DNA of 64,000 bases from an uncultured Lentimicrobiaceae bacterium. GTDB lineage: Bacteria; Bacteroidota; Bacteroidia; Bacteroidales; UBA4417. A program made the position numbers and the translations under genes. The stretch spans positions 69,590-133,589 of the forward strand of contig CAYQTT010000002.1 in NCBI GenBank assembly GCA_964420555.1, in the 5' to 3' direction. Shown here piece by piece: positions 1 through 11,500 of the stretch (position 1 is the stretch's first letter; each line of letters opens with the position of its first letter). Below the pieces are notes generated by a model. That model was not told where the DNA came from. It saw nothing but the letters and a program-made list of their open reading frames with translations, and did no database searches.

Positions 1-3000
1 CTTCTCGAAATTTATAATGAGAAAATTGAGTTTCCTGATGGGTATCATGGTATAAGTTTTAAAAAGTTCTGGATGGGAACCCGTACCCGGAAGATTATTC
101 TCGACAGCTGTTATATTTATGGTAATTCGAAAGATTCGGCTTCTGCGCAGTTTAGTGTTTTTGTTGATTCGTTGCACATTAAAAACCTCGATTTCAATGC
201 ACTGGCGAATGATAACATTATCAAATTCGATTCGGCATTATGCATTAATCCGGATATAAAACTCAACCTGAAACTTAAAAATAAAAGTAAAAAATCGTTT
301 CTTAAGTCAAATGAAGTTATTGATAAGGACTCAATTGATCAGAAACTTAACAAAATGCTTGGTAATCTGAACATTGGCTACCTTGTGGTTAAAAATGCTT
401 CGGTTGATATTGTGAGCGAAAAAAATAATAAGAAAAATGTTTATAAAGCCGGTAACAGTAATTTCAGTATCAGCCGGCTGCTTGTAAACAATACCAGTCC
501 GGAGCCTTTCAGTGTTGAGGAAATTAAATTTGATCTGCACGATTATACAGGGTTTTCGCCCGATAGCCTGTTTATGATCCAATTCGATGATGTTATAATT
601 CAGCAACAAAAAATATTGCTCAACAATTTCAGGGTGTTACCTACCAGGGGGAACCACGACCCGGCCAGGAAACAAGTTAAAATGGATGTTTTCGAACTGG
701 ATGAAATTGACTGGATGGCTCTGCTTTACGAGCACCGGATTATAGCTGGTCATGCATCGCTGATCAGGCCTGATGTGAATATCGTTTCGCAAAAAGCCGG
801 CACTAAAACAACTGGAAAAGAAAAACTTAATCCTTTTGCCATTCTTGATAAAATTAAAGATAAAATACTGATTGACAATCTGTTTATCGAAGATGGAAAT
901 GTGCAAATTAAGGTGCTTCAGGGGCCTGTTATTACGATGAACAACTCCTATATCGGTATCAATGTTAATCAGTTATTTGCTTCCGAAAATGAATTCCGGC
1001 TAATTGATGCATTAGAATCAATGTCATTCTCCAAAGGCCAATACCAGTTAGGGGATACCAGGTATTCACTTTTCGACGGAAGGTATTCAGGGATACAAAA
1101 AGAACTATTTTTCAGGCAGATCACCGAGCTCAAAGGCAAAAACAGCAAGCCTGTTAGTATTGTTAATGCCAGGCTTGCGGGAATACGTATAAATTCTTTT
1201 GAAGATATTTCGATTGATGAACTTTCGTGGGAAAAGGCCTCGTTAGCAATACTTACTGATGCCGACCGGCAGCAAAATCAAGTCAAAGCAGAACCCGAAA
1301 CCGGGTATAGATTTGTTGTTAGCAAAATTACAGGCGGACCAACTCAGCTGAGCATTAAAACCGGAGCTATTGAAGCATCAACTATGCTTAACCGTATTTC
1401 GACAGGCGAAGTTGTAATAGAAAGCGGAAAGAAACCAGTGATCAAAGATTTATTTATCGACGGTGAATTCATTAACCTTAATCAGAAGGATAATTTACAT
1501 GGCAGTTTCGATCGGTTTCAGGTATTGGACAATAAGCCTTCCAACCTTACGAATGTATCAGTTAAGTTGCCTGCAAATGGCGGAATGGTAAATGTGTTTA
1601 TACCAAAACTTGCCTTTTCAGTTGATATACACAGCAGCCTGAACGGGAATATAAAAGCAGATTTTATTGAACTGAGCAAGCCAGTTATCTCTTTCTCAAA
1701 AATGGAGAATGCATTGCCCGGCCCGGATCAAAAAACCGCAAATTCTAAAGAATTGCCCGTTTTGCACATTAATCGTATTACAATTGAAAATCCTCAAATT
1801 GACAGTTTGCCTGCCTCGCTGCAGTCGACCATGCAGTTTAATCCGGGTCAGTCGAGGATTGATTTGTTGGGTATCCGCTCCGGCAAAGAAAAACTAACTG
1901 TGGATACCATTCTTTTTTCGTCATTGGAACCTGCCTTTAAAAGAGGCGATATGCAACTTACCCCAACAGGAAAATCGAAAATCGAATTTATGGCATCGGC
2001 TCTGGCTTTTCAGCCGGCAACACAGGCCCGTAAAAGTAAATGGTCAGTGAACATCAACAGTTTGAAGCTTTCGGATTTGAATATGCGAATTATTCAAAAC
2101 AATATTGTAAAACAGAACATTGCAATTAATTCGTTAAGGCTCGAAAACCTGCATGCAAACGATTCGTTGCGTGGTAATATGGATGCTTTTTTGATGGCAA
2201 ATTCACATTTTCGGATTGCCGATGGCAATATCAGTCTTGAAAATGAAAAAGTCAGGCTCAATTTATATAATCTGGCAGTAAATAAAGCTGCAAACAGCCT
2301 GTCATTCGATAGTATTGCATTTCGGCCATTGCTCGACAGAGTTTCGTTTATGATGTCGAAGGAATATCAGACCACTTACAATAAAGTTTCAACAGGAAGA
2401 ATTATTGTTAAGGATATTGATTTCGACCGCTTACTTACTGATACAGTTATATATACTAAAAAAGTAGTAGTTAACGATCTGCGTTTCAGTTCGTTCAAAG
2501 ATAAGAGGCTCCCGTTTAGGCATGGAGTTGAAAAACCGATGCTCACAGACCTTCTTCTAAACATTAACCCTAAAATTCAAGTCGATTCGCTGTTGATCAA
2601 AAATGGATTAATTGATTACGAGGAATTTAATGACAAAACAGAGCAGTATGCCAAAATCAGGTTAAGTAAATTGCGGGGAGCTATAGCAGGTATAAAAACA
2701 TTTGATCCCTTACCCGACGACAGTTTAAAGTTTAATGTGTATGCACGACTGATTGACACAGCCGATTTAAGGGTGAAATACAAGCAATCATACACTGATA
2801 GCCTTTCGGGATTTAACCTGAAACTTATCGTTAATTCGTTTAACCTCACCGCCCTTAACCCGATTCTTATCCCGTTTGCGTCGGCAGAGCTAACAAGCGG
2901 CAACCTCGATACCATTCGTATGAGTGTGATTGGAAGGAAGTATGTTGCCTTTGGCGAAATGAATATGTATTATTCCGACCTCAATGCGCAGTACCTCATT

Positions 3001-3273
3001 AAAGGCGATAGTACCAAAGGTAATGTTGTTACTAAATCGGTTAGTTTTTTTGCCAACCGTATTGTGCATACAAAAAACCAACGTGGTATGGGTAAAGTTT
3101 ATGCGGAGCGCGATCCCGAAAAAGGCTTTGTAAATTACTGGGTAAAAATTGTTATTGGCGGCGTTTTTACCAATACCGGAGTGCGCTCGAATAAAAAGCA
3201 GGAACGGAAGTATGAAAAAGGTTTAGCCAGGTTTGAAGTGCCTCCGGTGCCTGATATTCCTGTTGATTTCTAG
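1..3273 (+). CDS. Very large envelope protein with AsmA/TamB-like character, 5'-truncated by the window edge
   Basis: The frame of ORF 73..3273 stays open back to nt 1 with no stop, so the N-terminus lies outside the window. It is >1060 aa with no catalytic motifs and consists of long runs of short amphipathic beta-like segments. The family assignment is by resemblance only. Confidence 0.35.
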   Translation, partial: LLEIYNEKIEFPDGYHGISFKKFWMGTRTRKIILDSCYIYGNSKDSASAQFSVFVDSLHIKNLDFNALANDNIIKFDSALCINPDIKLNLKLKNKSKKSFLKSNEVIDKDSIDQKLNKMLGNLNIGYLVVKNASVDIVSEKNNKKNVYKAGNSNFSISRLLVNNTSPEPFSVEEIKFDLHDYTGFSPDSLFMIQFDDVIIQQQKILLNNFRVLPTRGNHDPARKQVKMDVFELDEIDWMALLYEHRIIAGHASLIRPDVNIVSQKAGTKTTGKEKLNPFAILDKIKDKILIDNLFIEDGNVQIKVLQGPVITMNNSYIGINVNQLFASENEFRLIDALESMSFSKGQYQLGDTRYSLFDGRYSGIQKELFFRQITELKGKNSKPVSIVNARLAGIRINSFEDISIDELSWEKASLAILTDADRQQNQVKAEPETGYRFVVSKITGGPTQLSIKTGAIEASTMLNRISTGEVVIESGKKPVIKDLFIDGEFINLNQKDNLHGSFDRFQVLDNKPSNLTNVSVKLPANGGMVNVFIPKLAFSVDIHSSLNGNIKADFIELSKPVISFSKMENALPGPDQKTANSKELPVLHINRITIENPQIDSLPASLQSTMQFNPGQSRIDLLGIRSGKEKLTVDTILFSSLEPAFKRGDMQLTPTGKSKIEFMASALAFQPATQARKSKWSVNINSLKLSDLNMRIIQNNIVKQNIAINSLRLENLHANDSLRGNMDAFLMANSHFRIADGNISLENEKVRLNLYNLAVNKAANSLSFDSIAFRPLLDRVSFMMSKEYQTTYNKVSTGRIIVKDIDFDRLLTDTVIYTKKVVVNDLRFSSFKDKRLPFRHGVEKPMLTDLLLNINPKIQVDSLLIKNGLIDYEEFNDKTEQYAKIRLSKLRGAIAGIKTFDPLPDDSLKFNVYARLIDTADLRVKYKQSYTDSLSGFNLKLIVNSFNLTALNPILIPFASAELTSGNLDTIRMSVIGRKYVAFGEMNMYYSDLNAQYLIKGDSTKGNVVTKSVSFFANRIVHTKNQRGMGKVYAERDPEKGFVNYWVKIVIGGVFTNTGVRSNKKQERKYEKGLARFEVPPVPDIPVDF

Positions 3274-3281
3274 GCTATTAC

Positions 3282-4181
3282 CTATATGGCTTTAATCAGT
3301 TCCTTGTCGGAAATGTTTGGGCCAAGTTTCCATCTGTTATGGCTCCATAGCCACATTTCGGGGTAACAAGTGATAGCTTCTTCCAACAGTTGAGCGTATT
3401 TATTTATAATCTCCTCACTGTTAGTCAGCTTTGGCTCTTCTTCTATAACTTTAAATTCCAATACATACCGGCCTCTTTTTGTTTTACTGAAAAAAGGAAA
3501 AATAACAACCTGATTCCTTTTTTTTGCAATCCTGTCAGCTCCGATTAAAAAAGCAGTATCCTGGTTCAGAAACCGGGTCCAATGTTTGGTGCTGTTATTT
3601 GTCGGACTCTGATCGCCAATTATATAGTTCATTGTCAGGATGTTTCTTTGCGAAAAATCTGAAATTGCTTTATACCCTTTACTGGATTCAACACAAATAA
3701 CACCAAATCGTTCCCTGATTTTTTTCATCAGCATATCGAAATACTTACTTGATTGAGGATGGTATAAAGCTATGGCCTGATAAGGCATAAACAAAGGTAA
3801 AAATGCAAGCAATTCCCAGTTTCCCTGGTGGGCAGTATAAAGAGTAATGCTTCTTTGTTCATCGTAATATTTCTGAATTAACCCGGGATTCTTAACCTGA
3901 AATCTCAATCGGATTTCTTTCCTGCTAATGGTTAGTATTTTAACTGATTCAATCATCAGATCACAAAAGTGCCTGTAGAACTTCTTTTCGATAGCTTTTA
4001 ACTCGCTTTCATTTTTTTGAGGAAATGAATTTCTGAGGTTTTTATGAACAACATTGCGTCTGTATCTGACAAAATAATACAAAACAACAAAAATGATGTC
4101 CGACAGGAAGTAAAGTACAAACATAGGCAGTATTGAAACTGTATAAAACGGGAAAAACCTGATTTGCTTAAAGTTGAACAT
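3282..4181 (-). CDS. Lipid A (Kdo2-lipid IVA) late acyltransferase, LpxL/HtrB family
   Basis: 299 aa with an ATG start. An N-terminal membrane anchor is followed by 'VVHKNLRNSFPQK' and the acyltransferase H(x4)E/D box 'HQGNWE', the typical LpxL-family layout. Confidence 0.7.
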   Translation of the reverse strand: MFNFKQIRFFPFYTVSILPMFVLYFLSDIIFVVLYYFVRYRRNVVHKNLRNSFPQKNESELKAIEKKFYRHFCDLMIESVKILTISRKEIRLRFQVKNPGLIQKYYDEQRSITLYTAHQGNWELLAFLPLFMPYQAIALYHPQSSKYFDMLMKKIRERFGVICVESSKGYKAISDFSQRNILTMNYIIGDQSPTNNSTKHWTRFLNQDTAFLIGADRIAKKRNQVVIFPFFSKTKRGRYVLEFKVIEEEPKLTNSEEIINKYAQLLEEAITCYPEMWLWSHNRWKLGPNISDKELIKAI

Positions 4182-4534
4182 ATATTACGTCAGAATTATT
4201 TTGTTTACAGCTGTTTCACAGGCATTATCCGGTTGGGAGTTTCGTACTACCTTAATTATGTATGAAATTATAGCTGCTAAGATATGATCAACACCCGGTA
4301 TTTCAAATATTTACTTTTTGAATATTGTTATTTCTTTTTTTTATAACAGGTGACGCCTGGAAATGGCTTATTAAGTTTACTGTTTTTATCCGGTTTTAAA
4401 TTATTCCTAATTATAAGCCCGAAGACCAGTTGCATACGTGGCAATAAACATTGCCAGGCCAGTGAATAACAAAAACGGTTAAATTCCAGCTAATGAAGTT
4501 CTGATTTTAATGTGTTGATTGTACTTTTCATAGT

Positions 4535-4587
4535 ATAAATATAAATGTCTAAAGACTAATCCCGGTGATTTGGGAGTAGTCTTTAGA
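4535..4587 (-). terminator. Candidate intrinsic terminator of the FGE-OmpA gene
   Basis: A 16-bp stem with 1 mismatch (TCTAAAGACTAATCCC / GGGAGTAGTCTTTAGA, 4548-4587) and an 8-nt loop lies 34 nt past the stop. On the minus strand it is followed by a U-rich stretch. Confidence 0.45.
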
Positions 4588-4620
4588 ATTATATGGTTAC
4601 GATGACTTTCTATTACAGGA

Positions 4621-5859
4621 TTATAACTTGGTTATAGTAACCCTGCGGTTCTGCGTTCTGCCTGCTTTGGTTTTGTTGTCGCCAATGGGTTTTGATGATC
4701 CATATCCTTTGGTTTCGAGGCGTGTTTCGTCAATACCACGTTTTACCAGCTCAGCTTTTATACTTTTAGCCCTGTTTTCGGAAAGTAACTGGTTTTTTTC
4801 GGCACTCCCGGTAATATCTGTATGGCCTTCGACAACAATCCTGGTTTTTGGGTTTTCATTCAGGTATTGTGCAATCTGATCAACAACTGGGAAACCTTCA
4901 GGTTTAACTATCCATTTGCCTATGTCGAAATAAATACCGTAAATATCGACAAAGCCCTTGGTGTCAAGGTCATTGAGAAGGCCTGGGGACGCTACTACTG
5001 CCTGAGCAGTAACAGGTTTTACTTTAGGTTTAGCTTCGCCTGAAAGTACAAGCCTGAAACCGTAATCATTATGGCTATTGAAAGGGAAATCGTAATTACG
5101 GAAAGTAAGCCGCATACGGTTATATTCACTTACCCATGAGCCGCCCCTTAAAACGCGCTGTCTTCCGAGTTCTGGTCCCTTAGGGTTGAACTCAATACTT
5201 TCTTTGTAATAATACTCTCCATACCAGTCGGAGCACCATTCGCGCACATTACCGGCCATATCGTAAATGCCAAGTTCATTTCCCATTTTTCCCCCTACTG
5301 TATGGCTGCGGTTTTCGGCATTGCTGAAATAATATGCAACGTCTTCCAGTTTATCGCCTCCAACATAAAAATATCCTTTGCTCTTGTTACCACCCCTGGC
5401 AGCAAATTCCCACTCGGCTTCGGTAGGGAGTCTGTAATTTTTACCGGTCATGTCATTAAGCCATTTTATATAAGCCTGTGCATCGAACCAGTTAATATTT
5501 CCAACCGGTCGCGCGGAATCCGAGGCTTTTACATCCATAAAAGGTTCAATGTAATTTCTTTTCTCATAGCCTTTTTTTATTCTTACTTCATCGGATAGCT
5601 GAGCTTCAGTAATATACTCGGTGGCATTAACAAACCTAAGAAATTCGGCATATGTAACTTCGTATTTCCCGATGGAGAAATCGTCAACACTAACTTTGTG
5701 CGCTGGTTTTTCATCATTATCAATCGTATTACTGCCCATCATAAATGTGCCGCCTTCAACAGGAATCATTATAGGTTCCTTGAATCTGCCTGTTTGCGCA
5801 TAACCTGAAGCGAATGCCATAATTATGACAAAGAATAAAAAGTAAAATTTTGTTTTCAT
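4621..5859 (-). CDS. Secreted fusion protein: formylglycine-generating-enzyme (SUMF1/FGE-sulfatase) fold domain plus OmpA C-terminal peptidoglycan-binding domain
   Basis: There is a signal peptide (MKTKFYFLFFVIIMAFASGYAQ). FGE-fold motifs are 'RLPTEAEWEFAARGG', 'MAGNVREW' and 'RVLRGGSW'. The C-terminal OmpA-like block is 'IVVEGHTD..G....N..LSENRA..I...L...G' ending 'NRRVTITKL'. Confidence 0.75.
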   Translation of the reverse strand: MKTKFYFLFFVIIMAFASGYAQTGRFKEPIMIPVEGGTFMMGSNTIDNDEKPAHKVSVDDFSIGKYEVTYAEFLRFVNATEYITEAQLSDEVRIKKGYEKRNYIEPFMDVKASDSARPVGNINWFDAQAYIKWLNDMTGKNYRLPTEAEWEFAARGGNKSKGYFYVGGDKLEDVAYYFSNAENRSHTVGGKMGNELGIYDMAGNVREWCSDWYGEYYYKESIEFNPKGPELGRQRVLRGGSWVSEYNRMRLTFRNYDFPFNSHNDYGFRLVLSGEAKPKVKPVTAQAVVASPGLLNDLDTKGFVDIYGIYFDIGKWIVKPEGFPVVDQIAQYLNENPKTRIVVEGHTDITGSAEKNQLLSENRAKSIKAELVKRGIDETRLETKGYGSSKPIGDNKTKAGRTQNRRVTITKL

Positions 5860-6223
5860 TTGTTTCGGTTTAATTGTTATGTGATCGTGGGATTATAATA
5901 GTTTAATGTTTAGCTAAAAATAATGATTTTCTGGTTAGTCGCTTTCGAAGGGATTATGCTTTCGTTAACATCATTAATGTAATTTATTACATTGACCTTG
6001 AGTTACATACTAGTTTTGGTGTGCTTTTATTGATTATGATTCAGTGTTTAAGTATTAAGGTTTTTTGAGTACACAGAATAATTAACCATTTAAAACATTT
6101 ATTGTTCTGTTTTTTAAAGTTTTTATTTTTATAACAATCTGTTTAAGTAGTGATTAAAGGTTTTTTCGGTTTATGAGACTACTTATGATTAGTTTTATTT
6201 TTTAATTCTAAGTAGGGAAATTA

Positions 6224-8524
6224 TCAGAACGGGTAACCAAAAGCAATATTCAGGATTACATTTTCTTTTCGCCATTGCTTGCTACCCATATTAATGTTGT
6301 CAGTTACCCATCGCTGGTCAGAGGGCAACGAAGGTATCCGCAACGGGATTGCAACATCAAGTCTGAAAACCATAATATTTGCATCAATCCTCAAGCCGAT
6401 TCCTGCATCAACAGCAAGGTCCTTGTACCAGTTCTTTGTAAAAGCACTTCCTGGTGCCCCTGCCTGTTCTTTTCGGTACCATATGTTACCAACATCAGTG
6501 AATATTGCGGTATTTATATACTTTGTCAGTTTTAACCTTAACTCGGAATTGTACTCAAATTTAATTTCTCCTCCCTGCACAGCTTGTGATTGTATGATAG
6601 TATCGGTATAGCTTCCCGGACCCAGAGTGCCATTACGGAAAGCACGCAAACTGTTACTTCCGCCAATAAAAAATTGTTTAATAAAAGGCATTATCTCGCT
6701 GTTGGCATACGAATAACCATAACCGAAAAAAAGGCGGTTTACCCAGGTAGTGCGTTGCATTAATTTTGTATAAACTCTGAAATCGTTGCTGGCAAGCAGG
6801 AACTGGGCATAGGGTATTCCTAAGAAATCCTCCTGATCGCCGGAAACATTTGCAGGACGCACAAAAAGGCTCAACAGGTTTCCTGAAAGACCCATGGAAG
6901 TGCTGTTATAAAACTGTAAATTCGATAACCTGGGATTTGGATTGTTATAATCAAGGGTATATTCGCCACCCACAATAAATTGCTTCTCGAATGATTTTGC
7001 CAGGTTCGGGTCCGCAGCAAGTGTACTATCGTATTCAGGGGTAATATTGGTAGGGTTTACTACATTAAATACGATCGGGTCAAAGGAGTGTTCCCAGTGT
7101 TCGCCGCTCTTCCAGATGTAGCCAAACGAAAAGCGCACTGAACGCATTGTATATAACTTGGGCTTACGCAGGTATTCGGCACCTGCTGATATTTTATTCC
7201 TGGGAATATAATCTGAATTTGTCCGGTTGACCCTGAAAGGCAGGTAAAAAACCGGACGGTAAAAGTTCAATGAACCCGCATAGTTTTGGTTTGAATAGTA
7301 CTGGTTATCCTTGCTTTTTACTAGTTTTTCGATTCCTCCTGATACATCAAGATCCAGATGATCTCCTTTGTGAAATAAATTCCGGTTTGTAAGTTTCAGC
7401 TTTAGCTCGGTACCGGCAAAATTATTCGATTTTGAATAAGCACCTATCTCAGCCTGCATCGACCTTCGGGTATAAGGTGTTAAAAACAATTCAGCATCAA
7501 GCGAAGGTGTTTCAGCGTTTTCGACCGGTGTGAATGTAGTATTGATAAATTTAAAATTATTCAGGTTCACCATGCGTTGCACTGTTGTACGATGGCTGCT
7601 GTAGTTATATAATTCGCCTTCTTTCATTGCAATGTTTTGCTCAAAGAGCACCGGCTTAAACCGTGGCAATGTGTCAATATGCTTAAAGCCTGATGCCTGC
7701 CAAAACGGAATAAAATGCAGAACGGAATCGCGGTCGGAACTGTAGTTCGAATATATTTTAAATTGGTTAATCGTATAGACGTTTCTTGCTTCAACAGGAA
7801 TTTCGGGTTTCACAACCATGCGCGCATAAACCCGGTTCAGATGGTTTGTATCAGCAACCAGCAACAGGTAATCAGGGATGAAAAAGAAATATCCTTTGTT
7901 GCGCAAATCAAGATCAATGCGCTCCCGTTCGGCATTAACGAGATCAAGTGTAAAAGGTGCGCCTTTTTTAAGCATTGTGCCTGACGAAGAAGCAGCAATA
8001 GCTTGCGATAACCTGCTGCTATCAGTCGGAAATATTACAGAGTCAAACTTATATCGCACTCCGGGTGTAATCCGGAAATTTATTGTGCTTTTTCTCTTGT
8101 TTATGACTACACTGTCGGAAACTATGGCATTCAGAAACCCAAGGTCATGCATTTGGGCTACCATCCGCCTTCGCATATCTGCCGGGTTAGCCTGGCTGAG
8201 AAGGACTGGTGGCTCACCGAACTTTTCGTGGAGGTAATAGTTGATCCTTTTCTTTTCCGAGGGTTTACTTATGCTGTAACTTATTAATGGCAGCCGCATG
8301 AATGCAATCTTTTGATTTTCAACCGGCCAGGTTTTTGAAAGCAATTGAGATTTGATTTCACTCTCATATTCGTTTTTTTTATCGAAAGTGATTTTTGAAC
8401 CTGTAAAAAGATAATCTTTCTCAGGCACATACCTGTATATATCACACGACGAAACCAACAACAAAAGTGTTGATATTACAAAAAACCAGAAGCCCGAAGT
8501 CCTTTTTTGCATCGTTTGCGTCAT
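6224..8524 (-). CDS. Omp85/BamA-family outer-membrane protein, lipoprotein type (TamL-like partner of TamB)
   Basis: 766 aa. A lipobox-like signal 'LLLLVSSC' is followed by a POTRA-like region and a C-terminal 16-strand-barrel-like region ending 'NIAFGYPF' (terminal aromatic). The start overlaps the tamB stop by 4 nt (ATGA at 8521-8524). Confidence 0.7.
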   Translation of the reverse strand: MTQTMQKRTSGFWFFVISTLLLLVSSCDIYRYVPEKDYLFTGSKITFDKKNEYESEIKSQLLSKTWPVENQKIAFMRLPLISYSISKPSEKKRINYYLHEKFGEPPVLLSQANPADMRRRMVAQMHDLGFLNAIVSDSVVINKRKSTINFRITPGVRYKFDSVIFPTDSSRLSQAIAASSSGTMLKKGAPFTLDLVNAERERIDLDLRNKGYFFFIPDYLLLVADTNHLNRVYARMVVKPEIPVEARNVYTINQFKIYSNYSSDRDSVLHFIPFWQASGFKHIDTLPRFKPVLFEQNIAMKEGELYNYSSHRTTVQRMVNLNNFKFINTTFTPVENAETPSLDAELFLTPYTRRSMQAEIGAYSKSNNFAGTELKLKLTNRNLFHKGDHLDLDVSGGIEKLVKSKDNQYYSNQNYAGSLNFYRPVFYLPFRVNRTNSDYIPRNKISAGAEYLRKPKLYTMRSVRFSFGYIWKSGEHWEHSFDPIVFNVVNPTNITPEYDSTLAADPNLAKSFEKQFIVGGEYTLDYNNPNPRLSNLQFYNSTSMGLSGNLLSLFVRPANVSGDQEDFLGIPYAQFLLASNDFRVYTKLMQRTTWVNRLFFGYGYSYANSEIMPFIKQFFIGGSNSLRAFRNGTLGPGSYTDTIIQSQAVQGGEIKFEYNSELRLKLTKYINTAIFTDVGNIWYRKEQAGAPGSAFTKNWYKDLAVDAGIGLRIDANIMVFRLDVAIPLRIPSLPSDQRWVTDNINMGSKQWRKENVILNIAFGYPF

Positions 8525-11500
8525 TTGTTTTGGGTATCTTTTTTCTTTTTCAGTATTTCGCGGTACTTGTTAAAGTCGAGATATACACCAAGGTTGATAC
8601 CGGTTTGGATCACCTGCCCCGAAGTCCCCACTTCGTATTGATCTTTTCTATAAGCTTTCAGCCTGTAGCGCCCATCCCTGGTAAGTTTATACTCAGCTGA
8701 ATAGTTACCGGCCAGTCCCGAAGTATTTCGTTTATGTTGTTCAGAACCTTCGATTGCAAAAGTGCTTCCGACAGATATAGTATACCGGTCGTTAAACATG
8801 GTTCGGCTCACATTTACTTTCAGGTCGGTGGTATTGGATTTATCTCCTGATGAATAGTCGGCCCTCGAATCAACTTCGAAGTTTACATCTATTTTCTTAA
8901 ATCTGGATGCTATTAATGAGTTTAGCTGCTGCGATACAAGGCTTCCGGCCGTGCTACGAGCTGCTGATTCATAATCAAAAAGAGTACCTGAACCTGACCC
9001 TGATGACAGAGGATCCTGTGGAACAAACTGGCTGAGAAACAGCAAACCCATAACCTGTTTGTTGAGTTCCGATTCGTTAAGGTTTATCTGTTTTATCCTG
9101 GCATAAACAACGCCCGAAAAAACGTTCTGCTCTTTAGCAGGCATGTCGAGTTTAAAACTTATGGCAGGCTGGAGCAATTTTTTCTTTAAAATCAGGTAAA
9201 CTTCGAAAGGTAGTTTTTGTTTGTAAGCCCCTTTATTCGAAGTTTGTGAACCCGCCAGGATAGCTTCGGCTGTTGTTTCAACCTTATACAAAGCAGTTAA
9301 ATCAATATTGGCATCGGTTGGCGATCCGTTCCATTGTATTGAACTTCCTTGCTGAACGGCGAATTTTCGTTTGATTACCCGACTTATTGTCAACTGGTAT
9401 TCGCCATTATCAATAGTGAATTTACCCTGCATATTCATCTGGCCTCCAGGTTGCTGATTTATTGTCAGTTCGGCATCACCCGCTACTTTCATATAATCAC
9501 CTCCAGTTTTATCAAGATAAATGTTGAGTTTCGAAGTCTTCGTCATTTCGATATTCAGTGCCAGTCCCAATTTAGTTGAAGCTGTGTTTTTCGAAAGTTT
9601 GGTTTTAATAATATTTTTTAAGGCGGAGTCGCTGGCTTGTAACGAATCCACATAAATTATTATACCGTTGTTGACCGAAACAGCTGTATCCACACTGCCC
9701 ATCTCTATATTTAAAACTGATTTTTCATCAACTTTTATATTCCCTTTTACCATTAAAACATCACCTGTACTTGTAATCCGCATATCGGAAGTAAAATATG
9801 CCGGACCATAATATTCCTGTTCAGGCGTGAGTTTCTTATTCAATGCCATGAAATGGTCCGTTTTTACGGCAAGGTCGTAATTGTAGGTGCGGTAGTCTGG
9901 TGTAAGTATCTGTCCGTTAACCTTTGCTGTATTGCCGGTGCTATCGTAAATTACAAAGTCATTAAGAATTATTCCGTTTCTGTTTAATTTAATCTGCTCA
10001 TCAGGAATTTTGAAAAAAGTATTGTATTCGCGATAGCTTCCCTGCAATTCGGAAATGTTTATTTCACCGTTCAAAACGGGTTTATCAATGGTTCCTTCAA
10101 AATTAACCTGACCATTAATATTTCCTTTCAGGTTGCTTATGATTGAATTAAGAAAAGGGTCCAGTGTTTCAATTTTGAATTTTCGGATGCCAATATTTCC
10201 TTTCAATTCGCCTTTGTCCGAATAGCTTGCACTAAGATCCAGATCATTTTCTTTACCCGAAAGATTAATCTGTGCTGTATAGCCAATGCCTGGTTCGTTG
10301 TTTGCTTTAGCAATCATGTTACCTGCATCTACATTATAAGCTTTTAAACTATCGATAGTCAGGTCGGCCGAAAACAGCAGCGGCTCAAAACTACTCAAAC
10401 GGGTAGTCCCGTTTATAATTCCACTTGCTAAAGTTGTATCAGTTGAAATAATTTTTGTGAGTGTGGAAATTGGAAAATCAACCAGTTTTAAATCAAGTGG
10501 TAAGCCGTTTTCAGCGTCTGACGATTGCAATGATAATTGTCTTTTTCCTGAACTCAGGCTCAGGTTGGTATGAATCTGCTTTGCAAGGTTGTATATAGTG
10601 CTGTTATCTGCATTGGCAATCCAGTTATCTCCATTAATAATTTGATCTTCATTAAGATGCAACACAAATTTGCTGGTGTCGTTAATAATATTACCTGCAA
10701 GGTCATATTTCAAGGAATCATACTTATTGAATAGTTTAATGTCCCAGTTTATAATTCCGTCTTTCGCATTTCCTTCAATAAGTGATCGGCTTAGCTTAAT
10801 GGATGAATTTCTGATACCTTCTGAATACAGAGCATATTGCAGTGTATCATTAGTTGTATGAAGGCCGAACAGTGTACTATCGATAACAATATCCCCGTAA
10901 ACCGCTGCTGGGACTGCTAACGCAAACATCAGATCTTTTTCCGCTGTATTTACTACACTTCCGAATTTGATATTTTTCGTAAAAGTTAATCCTGGCACAA
11001 ACGCCGGAATAACCGGATGGTACTTGAACTCTCCTTTCAGTTTGGCATAGGCAGGCTTGAAAATGGTGCCGGTAGGAGGATAGACAGTTACAAAATCAAT
11101 CAGCAGGTTTTGGGCTACAGCCGGAAGAACATCAATTTCATAATTTCCTTCCAGATTCATATCAAGGAAAGGCGAACGTACAACAATAGATTGAGTTGTT
11201 TCTATATTAACAGCTACCATGCTTATTGAATCGAGTTTATACTGATGCTGCCCTTTCGTTATTTCAATATGCGGAATATGAATAGTGCCGTTGATGTGTT
11301 TCGCATTTACAGTGGTTAAATCTGCAATTATGTCACCCCTGAATTTCAAAGTATCTGTCATTATACCAATACGTTGCAGATCGATATTGCTGATATGCGC
11401 ATTGGCTTCCAATAAAGGATTTAAACTGTCGAGCGAGTAGTTTGCATAAATTTCGGTATTTACGGCGCTGTCCAGTATCTGAAATCGGGCGTCAATAATG

